From an uncultured archaeon (GTDB lineage: Archaea > Aenigmatarchaeota > Aenigmatarchaeia > QMZP01 > JAFGSV01): a stretch of 26,110 nucleotides of DNA. Location of the stretch: the NCBI GenBank assembly GCA_964529545.1, contig CAZGWZ010000002.1:1-26110 (forward strand), in the 5' to 3' direction. Shown piece by piece: positions 9,777-19,230 of the stretch (its first letter is position 1; each line of letters begins with the position of its first letter). Under the pieces are notes generated by a model. It made no database searches and was not told where the DNA came from. It saw only the letters and a list, made by a program, of their open reading frames with translations. Made by a program: the position numbers and the translations under genes.

Positions 9777-9784
9777 CATAAACT

Positions 9785-9790
9785 GGAGGT
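9785..9790 (+). promoter_or_regulatory. Shine-Dalgarno GGAGGT for the 9797 gene
   Basis: GGAGGT lies 6 nt upstream of ATG 9797, in a 20-nt intergenic gap. Confidence 0.75.
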
Positions 9791-9796
9791 ATAGAT

Positions 9797-12019
9797 ATGG
9801 CAAAGGATGGCGAAGAAGGAAACGGGAAAGCCCCCGAATCTCCGGGGGAGGAGAAGGAGAAGCTCAGGTCCAGACTGGAGTCTAGGATGAAGGGCTTACT
9901 AAGCAGGCCAGGGAAGGGCGACAGGAAGGATGATGGTACCGGCGGAGAAATGGGCGCTGCCGATGGCGGCGCCGGCGCGGGGGCCGAAGAGAATGCAGAA
10001 GACCAGCCCAAGCCCGGCGAGAGCAAGCCCGAAGAGAAGAAGCCAGAAGAGCCGTCTGCTCCTCCAGCTGACGAGCCCGCGGCTTCTGCCGAAACTGCAT
10101 CTCCTGCAGAGCAGGCCGATGCAAAAGGCATGAAGAACATAAGCGAGTCGCCTGCTAATGCAGAAGAGAAGACTCCTGCTGAAGATAAGAAGGAGAAAGA
10201 CAAGCCTTCCGATGACGGGGAGAATGAAAAGCAGAAAAAGAAGGAATCCGGGAAAGCTCCTGAAAAGAAGGCCGATGAAGACGACGAGCCGGAAGGAGAG
10301 GACGAGGATGATGATTCAGAAGAGGCGAAGAAGCCTGAAAAGAAGGGCGGGAAACGAGAGGACAAGAAGGGAGCGAGCGATGCCGGAATGCCGAATGAGT
10401 CCCTTGAAGAACTCCAGAGCCAGAAGGATGAGATAGAGGCACTCCTCTCATCAGTGGAGGATTCCTACAGGGATGCCACCCTTCCTGACAAGACCTACAG
10501 GGAGGTCAAGGAGAAGAACGAGAAGAAGCTGGCTGACATAAACGTGAAGATAGAGAAGATAAAGAAGGCCGGAGGCGGCAAGGATTTGCCATCCCCAACA
10601 GAGAAGGCGACAGGCGTCCCGTCATCGAGCCAGGAGCTTGAGGATGTGCAGAAGAGGATGGAGGCCGAGGCGTCCTTTGCAGGAAGCGGCACCTCGTCCG
10701 GCTATCCCGGGCAGGTGCCCGGAGGCGCTGCACCTTCTTTATCAGGCGAGCCGCCGTCACTCCAGGATAAGGAGACCAAGAAGGCTGAGGCTCTCATAAA
10801 GATACTGGAGCAGAAGATAGAGGACAGGCTGAAGGACGTCATAGCTTCCGCAAGCGTCGAGGTAACCGACAAAAGGCTCAGGAAGATGGAGACCAAGGTC
10901 GACGAGCTGGAGCTTCTGCTGAAGTCGAAGGTAGACGTGATCACAGGCGAACTGAGGAGCGTGAAATCATCCGCCGAGTCTGTCTCGACTTATGACAAGC
11001 AGTTCACGTCGATGAAAACGGATATAGAGAAGGTCAAGGCTCTGGTGGACAGCGTCAAGGAAGCCAAGAACATAGTGGACGAGAAGATGCAGAGGGTGGT
11101 GGAGAACTTCGCCGAGATAAGGTCCATAGTCTATCAGAGGGAGGCCAATTCAAAGGAGCAGAACGTCCTCATGGACAAGCTCAAGGACACAGTTTCGCAG
11201 ATAGACTCGGCAAGGATACTGCGTGAGTTCACGACAAGGGACGAGCAGATGAGGGATGTCAACACGAGGGTGGAAAGGCTCGAGAGGACCAACAAGATGA
11301 ATTCCGACAGCCTGTCCAAGATAAAGGGTCTCATGACCGACATAGGGAGCCTGGAGAACATAATAAAGGCCAGCAAGCACGTCGGAGAGAAGCTCGAGCG
11401 CATACAGGAGATAGAGGAGAGGCAGAAGGCCACGACGTCGAGGCTTGACGGCGTATATGTGGACATGAAGAAGAAACTGGACGAATTCAACGACTACAAG
11501 ATAAAGCAGGACAAGCTCAACGGCATGGTCGAGGATGTCGTCAAGAACGTCGAGGAGGTCTCAAGGAGGCTATCCGACTATGCGACAAAGGCGGACGTCA
11601 CAAGTGTCAAGGACGAGCTGAAGGTGGTGAGGCAGACCGCGACAGCCGCCGCCTCAGCGCCGCATGTTCAGACGGCATCGCCGGCGGCTTCCGGCACTAG
11701 CCCGGAGGTCTCAAAGCTCAGAGAGCAGAAATCCGAGATAGAGACGATGCTCGCCACGCTTGAGGAGAACTTCAATGCCAAGGCTATGAGCGAGGATGAG
11801 TACAACAGCGCCAGGGAGAAGAACATGCAGAAGCTCGTCGAGCTCGAGAAGAAGATAAGCGCTGCCTCGTCATCAGAGGCTTCCAGCAAGACGGCTTCCG
11901 GGAGCGGAGGAAGCCACTCGAAGGTGATGCTCCTTGCAAAGCTGAAGGAGTCCTATGAGAACGGCGAGATAAGCAGGAACGCTTATGAAAAGAGCAGGAG
12001 GGTCCTCCTCGGAAAGTGA
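9797..12019 (+). CDS. Cytoplasmic protein: disordered acidic/Pro/Lys-rich N-terminus, long coiled coil and three SHOCT-like helical units (740 aa)
   Basis: Good RBS and no hydrophobic span. E/K/P/D-rich first ~200 aa and a heptad-like central region. SHOCT-like segments at 10403-10540, 11708-11845 and 11921-12016 (LKESYENGEISRNAYEKSRRVLL). Confidence 0.85.
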   Translation: MAKDGEEGNGKAPESPGEEKEKLRSRLESRMKGLLSRPGKGDRKDDGTGGEMGAADGGAGAGAEENAEDQPKPGESKPEEKKPEEPSAPPADEPAASAETASPAEQADAKGMKNISESPANAEEKTPAEDKKEKDKPSDDGENEKQKKKESGKAPEKKADEDDEPEGEDEDDDSEEAKKPEKKGGKREDKKGASDAGMPNESLEELQSQKDEIEALLSSVEDSYRDATLPDKTYREVKEKNEKKLADINVKIEKIKKAGGGKDLPSPTEKATGVPSSSQELEDVQKRMEAEASFAGSGTSSGYPGQVPGGAAPSLSGEPPSLQDKETKKAEALIKILEQKIEDRLKDVIASASVEVTDKRLRKMETKVDELELLLKSKVDVITGELRSVKSSAESVSTYDKQFTSMKTDIEKVKALVDSVKEAKNIVDEKMQRVVENFAEIRSIVYQREANSKEQNVLMDKLKDTVSQIDSARILREFTTRDEQMRDVNTRVERLERTNKMNSDSLSKIKGLMTDIGSLENIIKASKHVGEKLERIQEIEERQKATTSRLDGVYVDMKKKLDEFNDYKIKQDKLNGMVEDVVKNVEEVSRRLSDYATKADVTSVKDELKVVRQTATAAASAPHVQTASPAASGTSPEVSKLREQKSEIETMLATLEENFNAKAMSEDEYNSAREKNMQKLVELEKKISAASSSEASSKTASGSGGSHSKVMLLAKLKESYENGEISRNAYEKSRRVLLGK

Positions 12020-12026
12020 TGGGACG

Positions 12027-15000
12027 ATGATAGGCACCAAGAGCATTACGGGGATAGCACTTGTGGGAATCATAGCCTTAGTGTTCATCCTCAATGCCAG
12101 GTTCACGGGCTCCTACGTCTACGTTCCGGGCTCCACTTCCGGGCTTGCAATATGGAGCTCCTATGACCCGCAGGGAGGTTCGATCGTACCCTTCATAAAC
12201 GAGAACATGACTTTCTATGCGAACTTCACTACGCTTGGAGGGGCGCCCATAGCAGGCGCCGGCGTGACATGCGACATAGAGTTCAACTCGACCGGCTTCT
12301 GGACGGCTCCGGCCGGGATGACATACGACCCGGGAAACCAGCTCTACGGGTACGAGGGAAGCTTCAAGTACTCGGGGAACCACAGCTTCAGGGTGACCTG
12401 CAACGGCTCCACGCAGGGATACGATGCGAACCTCCAGGGCAACGACACCTATAATGTGCACAAGAACGAGTGGTGGAATGCGACTTGGACCTACAGAATA
12501 AAGATAAGCCTTTACAATCACGGGGTGCAGCTCGACGACTGGCCGGTGGAGGTGGACCTCAACCTGACAGAGGTGCTGAGGCAGATCAACGTGGAGGGCA
12601 CGTTCGACGACAACTCCACGAGGGTCGTCGAATACAATTCCACTGGCGGCGTCATGCACCCTCTTCCGAGCCAGTTCGACAAGGACCTGCATCACAATCC
12701 GGCGACGAACGCCTTTGGAACGCTCGTCTTCATGGCAAACGGTACTACGCCCGCAAACTACAACAGGACGTTCTTCATGTACTTCGACATAGAAGAGAAC
12801 GGCCTCAAGGAGCAACCTTCCTATCCCACCAACATAAGCTACCTGCTTTCGGGAGACGAGATACACATAAACACCACGTCCTTCAGCTTCTACATGGACA
12901 CCAACAGGAGCGATAACACCTCTGGCCTGTACGACGTCAGGTTCAAGGACTATCCTGTCCCGTTCTTCATTGTGGATGAGACCGGGAGGACGGCCGAATA
13001 CAGCGAGTACTCAAACGGGACCAACAACCTCAGCTTCGATTTCACCTCGGGCGTGGCCATAATAGAGGGCCCCCTGAGGCTCACCGTCATACAGACGGGA
13101 GACGAGGTGCTCTTCGGTGACCTCTCGTCCCCGACGGGCGAGGGCATGATGGTAAAGAAGTACCACTTCTACAACAAGGCCGGGAACGAGACCCTTGGCG
13201 CTTTCATACACATAACCCAGAACTACACGAACATTGCGGCATACCCGGTACAGCGCAATTCCACAGCCATGGGATCGATAGCATTCGATGTCGGCAGGGC
13301 ATGGCAGGGTCTTGGTTCAAGCGTGTCCTTCTACGATGGCAATTCCAGCGACCCCGGCTCGTGGGTCATGGCGGGCTCGGACGCCCAGGAGGTACTGGGC
13401 ATGGTCAATCTCAACGAGACGACGGACGAGTTCTACGTCTACAACTACACACCATATGAGAGGATAGGAGTGCAGCTCGATTCAGTCACCGTAGACCCGT
13501 TCGAATCGATAATACAGACAGCTTTGCTATACATAGGAAGCGGTTCCACGTCGGAGTTCATCGCGGTCAGAGACATAACAAGGGACATGCCTGCAGTGAC
13601 CTCCGGAAGCTACGAGACCATGCCTATGGAATCGATCACACACACAGACTACGACGTGTACAACAGGAACGAGACCATATTCATAGAGTCGAACATAACC
13701 TACGACCCGTACAGCTTCCTGGACACGGTGAACGTGAGCCTGAGCAACGGGACCCCGGGAGCCGGGGACGACATAGAGATAGAGGTCTATGATGACGGGA
13801 GCCATGGAGACCAGGTCGCCGGAGATTACGTCTATTCGAACTTCTTCAACATATCAACCACGGAGAATACGGGACTGTGGACGGCAAGTACCATAGTCTA
13901 TGACATGTTCGGCGTGCCCGTTAACCAATCCCATAAGAACTTCACCATAACTAAGACCTTCTTTGTAAACACCAGCGTGATAAACCAGAACGGCGAGATA
14001 GACAGGGAAGTAAATGCCACGGTCTTTGTGATGAACTACCGGCAGGACACGTGGCAGGAGGGCGCTTTCGTCAACTGCTCGGTCTACGATTCCACGACGC
14101 TCCTGTACACTGTAGATCAGCAGGACGTCAACCAGACCGAGCCCGGAAGGTTCTTCGTCAACTTCACAGCCCCGTGGTATTTCGGATCCTTCACGCTCAA
14201 CTGCACCGCCGGGAAGGATGGCAATGACGGGTCCGACATATCGGACTTCGGCGCCGAGGACGTTGAGACCGACATCGACATAACCGTGCAGCCGGAGAAC
14301 CACACATTCGTAAACATAACTTGGATAACGGGAGACAACATCACCCTCAGGGTGAACGCCACTAACACTCAGAACGGAACCGCGTACAACGCGACCGTCG
14401 ACCTGGAGCTGCCCTCAAACATAACGGCGAACTCGACGTCATACATATGCGAGACCGACGAGGGAGCCAAGCAGATAATGATAGGCAAGGCGTGCTACGT
14501 GGACTTCGTCATAAACGTTATGAACACGACAGCACCGTCCAACTTCACATTGAACGTGAGCGTGACATGGAACAACAGCAACACAATCATCGGTCACAAC
14601 GAGACCAGCATGAACGTCACGATACTTCCGACATACCTCATGAGCGTTCCTCAGGACAACATAATAACCATGATAGCCCGCGGCATAAACAAGTCGCTCT
14701 CAAACATCACCATATACTCTTACGGAAACGCGCCCCTCGAGAACGTCAACTTCGATGTCATCGGGTTCAGTCAGGCATTCCACTTCTCGTTCATACCTTC
14801 AGGCTACACCCAGGTTAATGCGGGCGTGACCACGGAGTTCGCCGCTTACCTCCTCGTGGACGAGGGATACTCGACAGGATTTTTCACGGGGATCCTGAAC
14901 GTGACGACTTCTAACAACGGCTACAAGGAGCTGGAGCTGAACATCACCGTCTCGGGCACCAACGTAAGCATAAACGTGCTCCCGGAGAACATCACGGCCT

Positions 15001-18000
15001 CGAACATAACTTACTATGACAGCCAGAACTTCACGCTCGACTTCAATTCCAGCAACATGGGAAACAACACGGCATACAACACGAACGTGACCATAAACTT
15101 CTCAAGCCCTTACATAAGCACCACCAACTCGACCAACTACCAGTGCGGCGACCTGCAGCCCGGCGAGAACTGCTCCGGAATATTCCTTCTTACCGTATCA
15201 AACGGGACGCCTTCGGGCCTTTACGATGCCAACGTGACCGTGGTATGGGGGAACCCTGAGATAGGGGTCATGATGAACTCGAGCGTCATCAACATAACTG
15301 TTGAATCCAACGTGAACATGACCATAAACGAGACGAGCATAAACGGCACGGTGGTGCACGGCACTACCGGCGTCATAGGAAACTTCTCCATGAACTCGAC
15401 CGGAAACGATCCCGTAACCGGCATAGAACTGACGATAGTTGACACATACGGACAGCTGCAGGACTTCACGGTGAACGTCATACCTAACGTAAGTGCCACC
15501 CAGGGAGGCAACATGACATCCGGACAGCTGGTGTACGTAGACGTCGAGGTGTCGGTCCCGCTCGGCTATCCAAACGGGACGTATGCCGGATTCCTCAACG
15601 TCACAAGCAACAACTCGGGCTACAGGCTCCTTGGAATTGAGGTGACGGTCCCCGAGACCAGGACATGGGACATGAGCCCGCTGGACTGCATGCATCCCGA
15701 GTCCCCGGAGTTCGGCACGGTCTGCAATGTCACAATCGAAAACACCGGCAACGTCCAAATAGAGTTTGACATCTATCCGCCGGCGACCGGCGACAGCAAC
15801 CTGACCATGAACAACTACACCTGGCCGTCTGTGACGTACTTCAGTATAGAGAACCAGTCGTCTTTCATACTCAGCATCTATTATAACGTGACGGACGCGC
15901 CCCTCACGTTCTACAACTCGAGCTACAACGTAACGGGAGTATACACCGTTCCTCAGAGCAGGAACGTATCGATACTTCTTACGCCGTTCGTGAATCCCCT
16001 CATCAACATTTCAGTGTCTCCATCGTCACTTCCCCAGCAGAACTCCACGGAGCTCGTCGCATACGTTCTTGACCAGGGAGGGGTAGCCGGAATCAATTTT
16101 ACACGCGTCAACGTGACGAGGCCCAACGGCACCGTGGACCAGATAGTAATGAGATATCTTGGGGGCACGGACCCTTACATATATCAGGAGTTCTACCCGG
16201 CAGACCCGTTAAACGGGACATGGGGAAGCACCCTTTCAAGAGGCAACTATACCGTCGTCGGCTATGCAGAGGACAACCTCGGGCTCAATCAGACTGCGAA
16301 TTCCAGCTTCTACGTCTACGTAGTCCTCGTTGCCGGAATAAGCACGTCGCGCTCTAACGGCGAATACTATCAGGGGGAGACAGGGACGCTGCTGTTCAAC
16401 GTCACGGAACTTTCGGGAATCCCGTTATCGGGAGTCAACGTCTCGATAGTCATAAAGGATCCCACCAACCATTCCGTGGGCATGCAGAACTCCGAGTTCT
16501 TGACCAATTCCCAGGGAGAGCCGAGCTCATACCCGACATTCGAGCTATTCTCAGACTCTCTCACGGGGACCTACAACATAACCGTGACATCCGCATTCAA
16601 TGACACACCCGTATCCCGTATTTGCTACGACACTTCATATTCAAGCTTCACCGTCCTGGAGACCACGCCGGGCGTGCTCACCCTAGACCTAGAGGCGCCT
16701 TCCGAGGTCAGCACGGGCGACGGCCTTGAGGTTTACGCCACCATAACAAACGGGGTCAATAACATAGATCCTGACTGGATAATGGTGTCCCTATACGACT
16801 CCCTTGACAATGCGATACTCACAAATCAGACGATGACATACCAGTCCACGGGAAGGTACAGCAGATGGCACAACACCTCCGCCTCCGTCAACACGGGCAG
16901 CTGGAGGTGGCACGTCACCATAGGAAAGGACGGAAACGTAATATCAAAGGACGTGTTCACGAGGCTGGTCGGAGGCCTGTTCGACGTGAGGGACATAACG
17001 ATAGTGGACAACACGATAGAGGACCTTCAGATAACGGTAGTCATAGAGAACACGGGAGACATCCCCCAGGACGTGTTCGTCCTCTGGAACCTCACGAGGC
17101 TTGATACGGGAGCGCCGCTTCAGGAGGGACTCGATACCGTGAGGATAGACCCGCTTACATCCTACGTGTATACCATAAACCCAAGCGGGATAACTTACAC
17201 AGGAAGCGCAAGGATACTATTCGTTGCATCCTACTCAGGCACCGAGAAGGCCGCGGCGTTCGAGGACTTCACGATACAGGAGGGCGGCGAGGGGCCAGCT
17301 CCTCCGCCGGGCGGCGGAAAGACGAAGGAGGAGGAGGCGCCTTCCGGAGGTGCGGGTCTGGGGCCGGTAGGAGCACCTGACATAGAGATAACCGACTATC
17401 CGGACGAGATACCGACCGAGGCAGGGAGGCTGCAATACCCGTCGGTGACGGTGAACAACACGGGGTCGGTCTCCCTTCATAACGTCATGATAAGGATAGA
17501 AGGCATACCAAATTCGTGGTACAATGTAACGCCGAAGCTCATACCTATAGTGAATCCCGGCTCCACAGGGACATTCGTAATAAACATGCTCGTCCCGCAG
17601 GGTACCGAGGCAAGGCAATACTATGGCGTCATAAACGCCACCTCTGACGAGGCAAAGGACGAGAAGATAACATCGGTCATAGTCTTCGGCTCCAGGGAAG
17701 AGCTCGTGAGGTACCAGCTGCAGAAGCTCAAGGAGGAGTTCAAGGAGTTCAGGGAGGACGTCAACGCCACGGCTGCCATGGGAGAGAAGGACCTCAGCAG
17801 GGTCTACGGGCTCATAGACGAGATACAGTACCAGATAGACCTTACCGAGGGATACCTCGACGCGAAGATGTACGACGAGGCGCTGGAGGCGGTCACCACC
17901 GGGTGGAGGCTCCTTGACAGGGCCAGGGAGCTGCTTCGTGACGCTCCTCCGCTCAGGCCCGTTACCATACTGGAGATACCCGACTGGATGATAACGCTTA

Positions 18001-18326
18001 TACTGATACTTATAATATTGGCCCTGGCGCTCGTGGTGGTCATAAGCAGGTACAAGAAGAAGCTGGAGAAGGTATTCAAGTTCAGAAAGACCGTGACGGA
18101 CTCTGTCGCGGCAGCGGACGTGTTGGGCTCATTCGGCGGCGGTGGCGCCCCAAGCAAGGTGGAGCAGGAGGCCATAGCCAGGACGAGGCGCGAAGAGGAG
18201 AAGAAGAAGATAGAGAAGGTGCTGTCCCTTCTGGAGAGGGAGTACAAGGAAGGCATAATATCAGAGAAGGCATATAACGAGCTCGTCAAGAGGAACGCGG
18301 ACAAGCTCAAGGAGCTCGGAGGCTAG
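12027..18326 (+). CDS. Second giant surface glycoprotein (~2099 aa): N-terminal signal/TM, DUF2341-like and Ig-like domains, C-terminal TM and SHOCT-like cytoplasmic tail
   Basis: ATG 12027 (7 nt after the previous stop) gives MIGTKSITGIALVGIIALVFILNARFTG, a signal-like start. The track's start at 11985 overlaps the upstream gene. Other elements: WWNATWTYRIKI (12471, DUF2341-like start), YDDGSHGDQVAGDYVYS (13788-13838, acidic Ca-binding-like), Gly/Pro linker near 17283-17370, TM WMITLILILIILALALVVVI (17985-18044) followed by RYKKK, and dense N-x-S/T. Confidence 0.88.
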   Translation: MIGTKSITGIALVGIIALVFILNARFTGSYVYVPGSTSGLAIWSSYDPQGGSIVPFINENMTFYANFTTLGGAPIAGAGVTCDIEFNSTGFWTAPAGMTYDPGNQLYGYEGSFKYSGNHSFRVTCNGSTQGYDANLQGNDTYNVHKNEWWNATWTYRIKISLYNHGVQLDDWPVEVDLNLTEVLRQINVEGTFDDNSTRVVEYNSTGGVMHPLPSQFDKDLHHNPATNAFGTLVFMANGTTPANYNRTFFMYFDIEENGLKEQPSYPTNISYLLSGDEIHINTTSFSFYMDTNRSDNTSGLYDVRFKDYPVPFFIVDETGRTAEYSEYSNGTNNLSFDFTSGVAIIEGPLRLTVIQTGDEVLFGDLSSPTGEGMMVKKYHFYNKAGNETLGAFIHITQNYTNIAAYPVQRNSTAMGSIAFDVGRAWQGLGSSVSFYDGNSSDPGSWVMAGSDAQEVLGMVNLNETTDEFYVYNYTPYERIGVQLDSVTVDPFESIIQTALLYIGSGSTSEFIAVRDITRDMPAVTSGSYETMPMESITHTDYDVYNRNETIFIESNITYDPYSFLDTVNVSLSNGTPGAGDDIEIEVYDDGSHGDQVAGDYVYSNFFNISTTENTGLWTASTIVYDMFGVPVNQSHKNFTITKTFFVNTSVINQNGEIDREVNATVFVMNYRQDTWQEGAFVNCSVYDSTTLLYTVDQQDVNQTEPGRFFVNFTAPWYFGSFTLNCTAGKDGNDGSDISDFGAEDVETDIDITVQPENHTFVNITWITGDNITLRVNATNTQNGTAYNATVDLELPSNITANSTSYICETDEGAKQIMIGKACYVDFVINVMNTTAPSNFTLNVSVTWNNSNTIIGHNETSMNVTILPTYLMSVPQDNIITMIARGINKSLSNITIYSYGNAPLENVNFDVIGFSQAFHFSFIPSGYTQVNAGVTTEFAAYLLVDEGYSTGFFTGILNVTTSNNGYKELELNITVSGTNVSINVLPENITASNITYYDSQNFTLDFNSSNMGNNTAYNTNVTINFSSPYISTTNSTNYQCGDLQPGENCSGIFLLTVSNGTPSGLYDANVTVVWGNPEIGVMMNSSVINITVESNVNMTINETSINGTVVHGTTGVIGNFSMNSTGNDPVTGIELTIVDTYGQLQDFTVNVIPNVSATQGGNMTSGQLVYVDVEVSVPLGYPNGTYAGFLNVTSNNSGYRLLGIEVTVPETRTWDMSPLDCMHPESPEFGTVCNVTIENTGNVQIEFDIYPPATGDSNLTMNNYTWPSVTYFSIENQSSFILSIYYNVTDAPLTFYNSSYNVTGVYTVPQSRNVSILLTPFVNPLINISVSPSSLPQQNSTELVAYVLDQGGVAGINFTRVNVTRPNGTVDQIVMRYLGGTDPYIYQEFYPADPLNGTWGSTLSRGNYTVVGYAEDNLGLNQTANSSFYVYVVLVAGISTSRSNGEYYQGETGTLLFNVTELSGIPLSGVNVSIVIKDPTNHSVGMQNSEFLTNSQGEPSSYPTFELFSDSLTGTYNITVTSAFNDTPVSRICYDTSYSSFTVLETTPGVLTLDLEAPSEVSTGDGLEVYATITNGVNNIDPDWIMVSLYDSLDNAILTNQTMTYQSTGRYSRWHNTSASVNTGSWRWHVTIGKDGNVISKDVFTRLVGGLFDVRDITIVDNTIEDLQITVVIENTGDIPQDVFVLWNLTRLDTGAPLQEGLDTVRIDPLTSYVYTINPSGITYTGSARILFVASYSGTEKAAAFEDFTIQEGGEGPAPPPGGGKTKEEEAPSGGAGLGPVGAPDIEITDYPDEIPTEAGRLQYPSVTVNNTGSVSLHNVMIRIEGIPNSWYNVTPKLIPIVNPGSTGTFVINMLVPQGTEARQYYGVINATSDEAKDEKITSVIVFGSREELVRYQLQKLKEEFKEFREDVNATAAMGEKDLSRVYGLIDEIQYQIDLTEGYLDAKMYDEALEAVTTGWRLLDRARELLRDAPPLRPVTILEIPDWMITLILILIILALALVVVISRYKKKLEKVFKFRKTVTDSVAAADVLGSFGGGGAPSKVEQEAIARTRREEEKKKIEKVLSLLEREYKEGIISEKAYNELVKRNADKLKELGG

Positions 18327-18338
18327 CCCCAGGCGCGG

Positions 18339-18490
18339 TTATACGTTCGTAACAGTACCCTTGTTATTATATGTTCATACTATTTTTTGCAAAAAAATCA
18401 AATCATATGAAACAAACACCTCCGAGCCTCTGGCAAGGGGAGGCATTTTCCGACTTCTGATATGGGGTGTCTTTTTTTATATGTTCATAC
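18339..18490 (+). promoter_or_regulatory. AT-rich spacer with a direct repeat TTATATGTTCATAC (18367-18380, 18477-18490) and a degenerate third copy (18339-18352)
   Basis: An exact 14-bp direct repeat at 110-bp spacing; the third copy TTATACGTTCGTAA matches 11/14. Each begins with a TATA-like TTATA. Confidence 0.55.
18383..18396. terminator. Perfect palindrome TTTTTTGCAAAAAA; possible oligo-T terminator on both strands or a protein-binding site
   Basis: Lies 57 nt after the cluster 1 stop. Oligo-T tracts are the usual archaeal termination signal. Confidence 0.4.
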
Positions 18491-18514
18491 AATAATCATA
18501 AACAGGGTGTGAAA

Positions 18515-19183
18515 TTGGGCAAAGTAAAGTCGAAACTCACTGAATACAAGAACTTCTGGCTGATATGGCTCTCAGCTGCGGGCCAGGAGAACGGGATATC
18601 GCTTTTCCGGATACAGAGCACATGGGGCATAAAGACCAACTACCTGTACCACAACGAGGCGGTCATACAGAAGCCGCTCTTCCGCATAATGGAGGAGGGG
18701 GGCTTCATAGAGATATCCGGCAAGAAGATAATCGCCAAGTTCAGTTGGATACCGGACTACCTCGGCGAGCTCTTCTCAGCCGAGAAACCCGTGGGAGGCT
18801 TCTGGTCACCCGAGCTCGTCATGAAGGCCAAGTGGCCTCTCGTCCAGCCCTTCATGGAGAAGTACAGGAAGTACTTCTTCGAGCTCTCGAACCTTCGCAT
18901 GCTCTACCGCGACGACAGGGACGTCCTCGGTATATACGGAAGGTACGTGTTCCAGCACGTATTCCTCTACGTGCTCTTCTCAAACATCATAGCCTTCTCC
19001 AAGAGGTACAGCGCCGACATAGTGACGAAGATGATAGCTACATCGGTGTCCCTGGGAAGCGGCGCTGACGTCCTCAACTACATGTACCAGCTTCATTCCA
19101 CTATAGGAGGTTCCTCGGATTTCCCGGTGCTCTCCAGCAACGAACAGGAGCTCGGCAGGATACTCTGCACGCTCAGATGGTGA
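18515..19183 (+). CDS. Hypothetical cytoplasmic protein (~222 aa), N-terminal half possibly winged-helix-like
   Basis: Typical codon usage for this window. The start is probably TTG 18515 (GGGTGTGA upstream) or GTG 18509 rather than the track's 18467, which lies in the AT-rich spacer. The helix-helix-hairpin pattern (LFRIQSTWG..NYLYH..LFRIMEEGGFIEISGKKIIAKF) is only suggestive. Confidence 0.7.
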   Translation: MGKVKSKLTEYKNFWLIWLSAAGQENGISLFRIQSTWGIKTNYLYHNEAVIQKPLFRIMEEGGFIEISGKKIIAKFSWIPDYLGELFSAEKPVGGFWSPELVMKAKWPLVQPFMEKYRKYFFELSNLRMLYRDDRDVLGIYGRYVFQHVFLYVLFSNIIAFSKRYSADIVTKMIATSVSLGSGADVLNYMYQLHSTIGGSSDFPVLSSNEQELGRILCTLRW

Positions 19184-19186
19184 GAC

Positions 19187-19197
19187 CGAAATTTATA
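19187..19197 (+). promoter_or_regulatory. Archaeal BRE-TATA promoter (CGAAA TTTATA) for minD
   Basis: A purine-rich BRE directly followed by TTTATA, 33 nt upstream of ATG 19231. Confidence 0.65.
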
Positions 19198-19230
19198 TTA
19201 CAAAGAGTAAAATAATACAGGTCTGTTCCA

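Noticed and set aside
11985-12026. Track start at 11985 for giant 2
   Set aside because: It overlaps the preceding gene by 35 nt and adds a non-signal-like peptide. ATG 12027 directly opens the hydrophobic signal.
18426-18449. GCCTC-9nt-GAGGC hairpin followed by ATTTT as an intrinsic terminator
   Set aside because: The stem is only 5 bp, which is likely chance; archaeal termination does not require hairpins.
18565-19068. Alternative-frame + strand ORFs (also 19692-20021, 6674-7180 and others)
   Set aside because: They are nested in better-supported genes and have the R/H/G/P-rich composition typical of off-frame GC-rich sequence.
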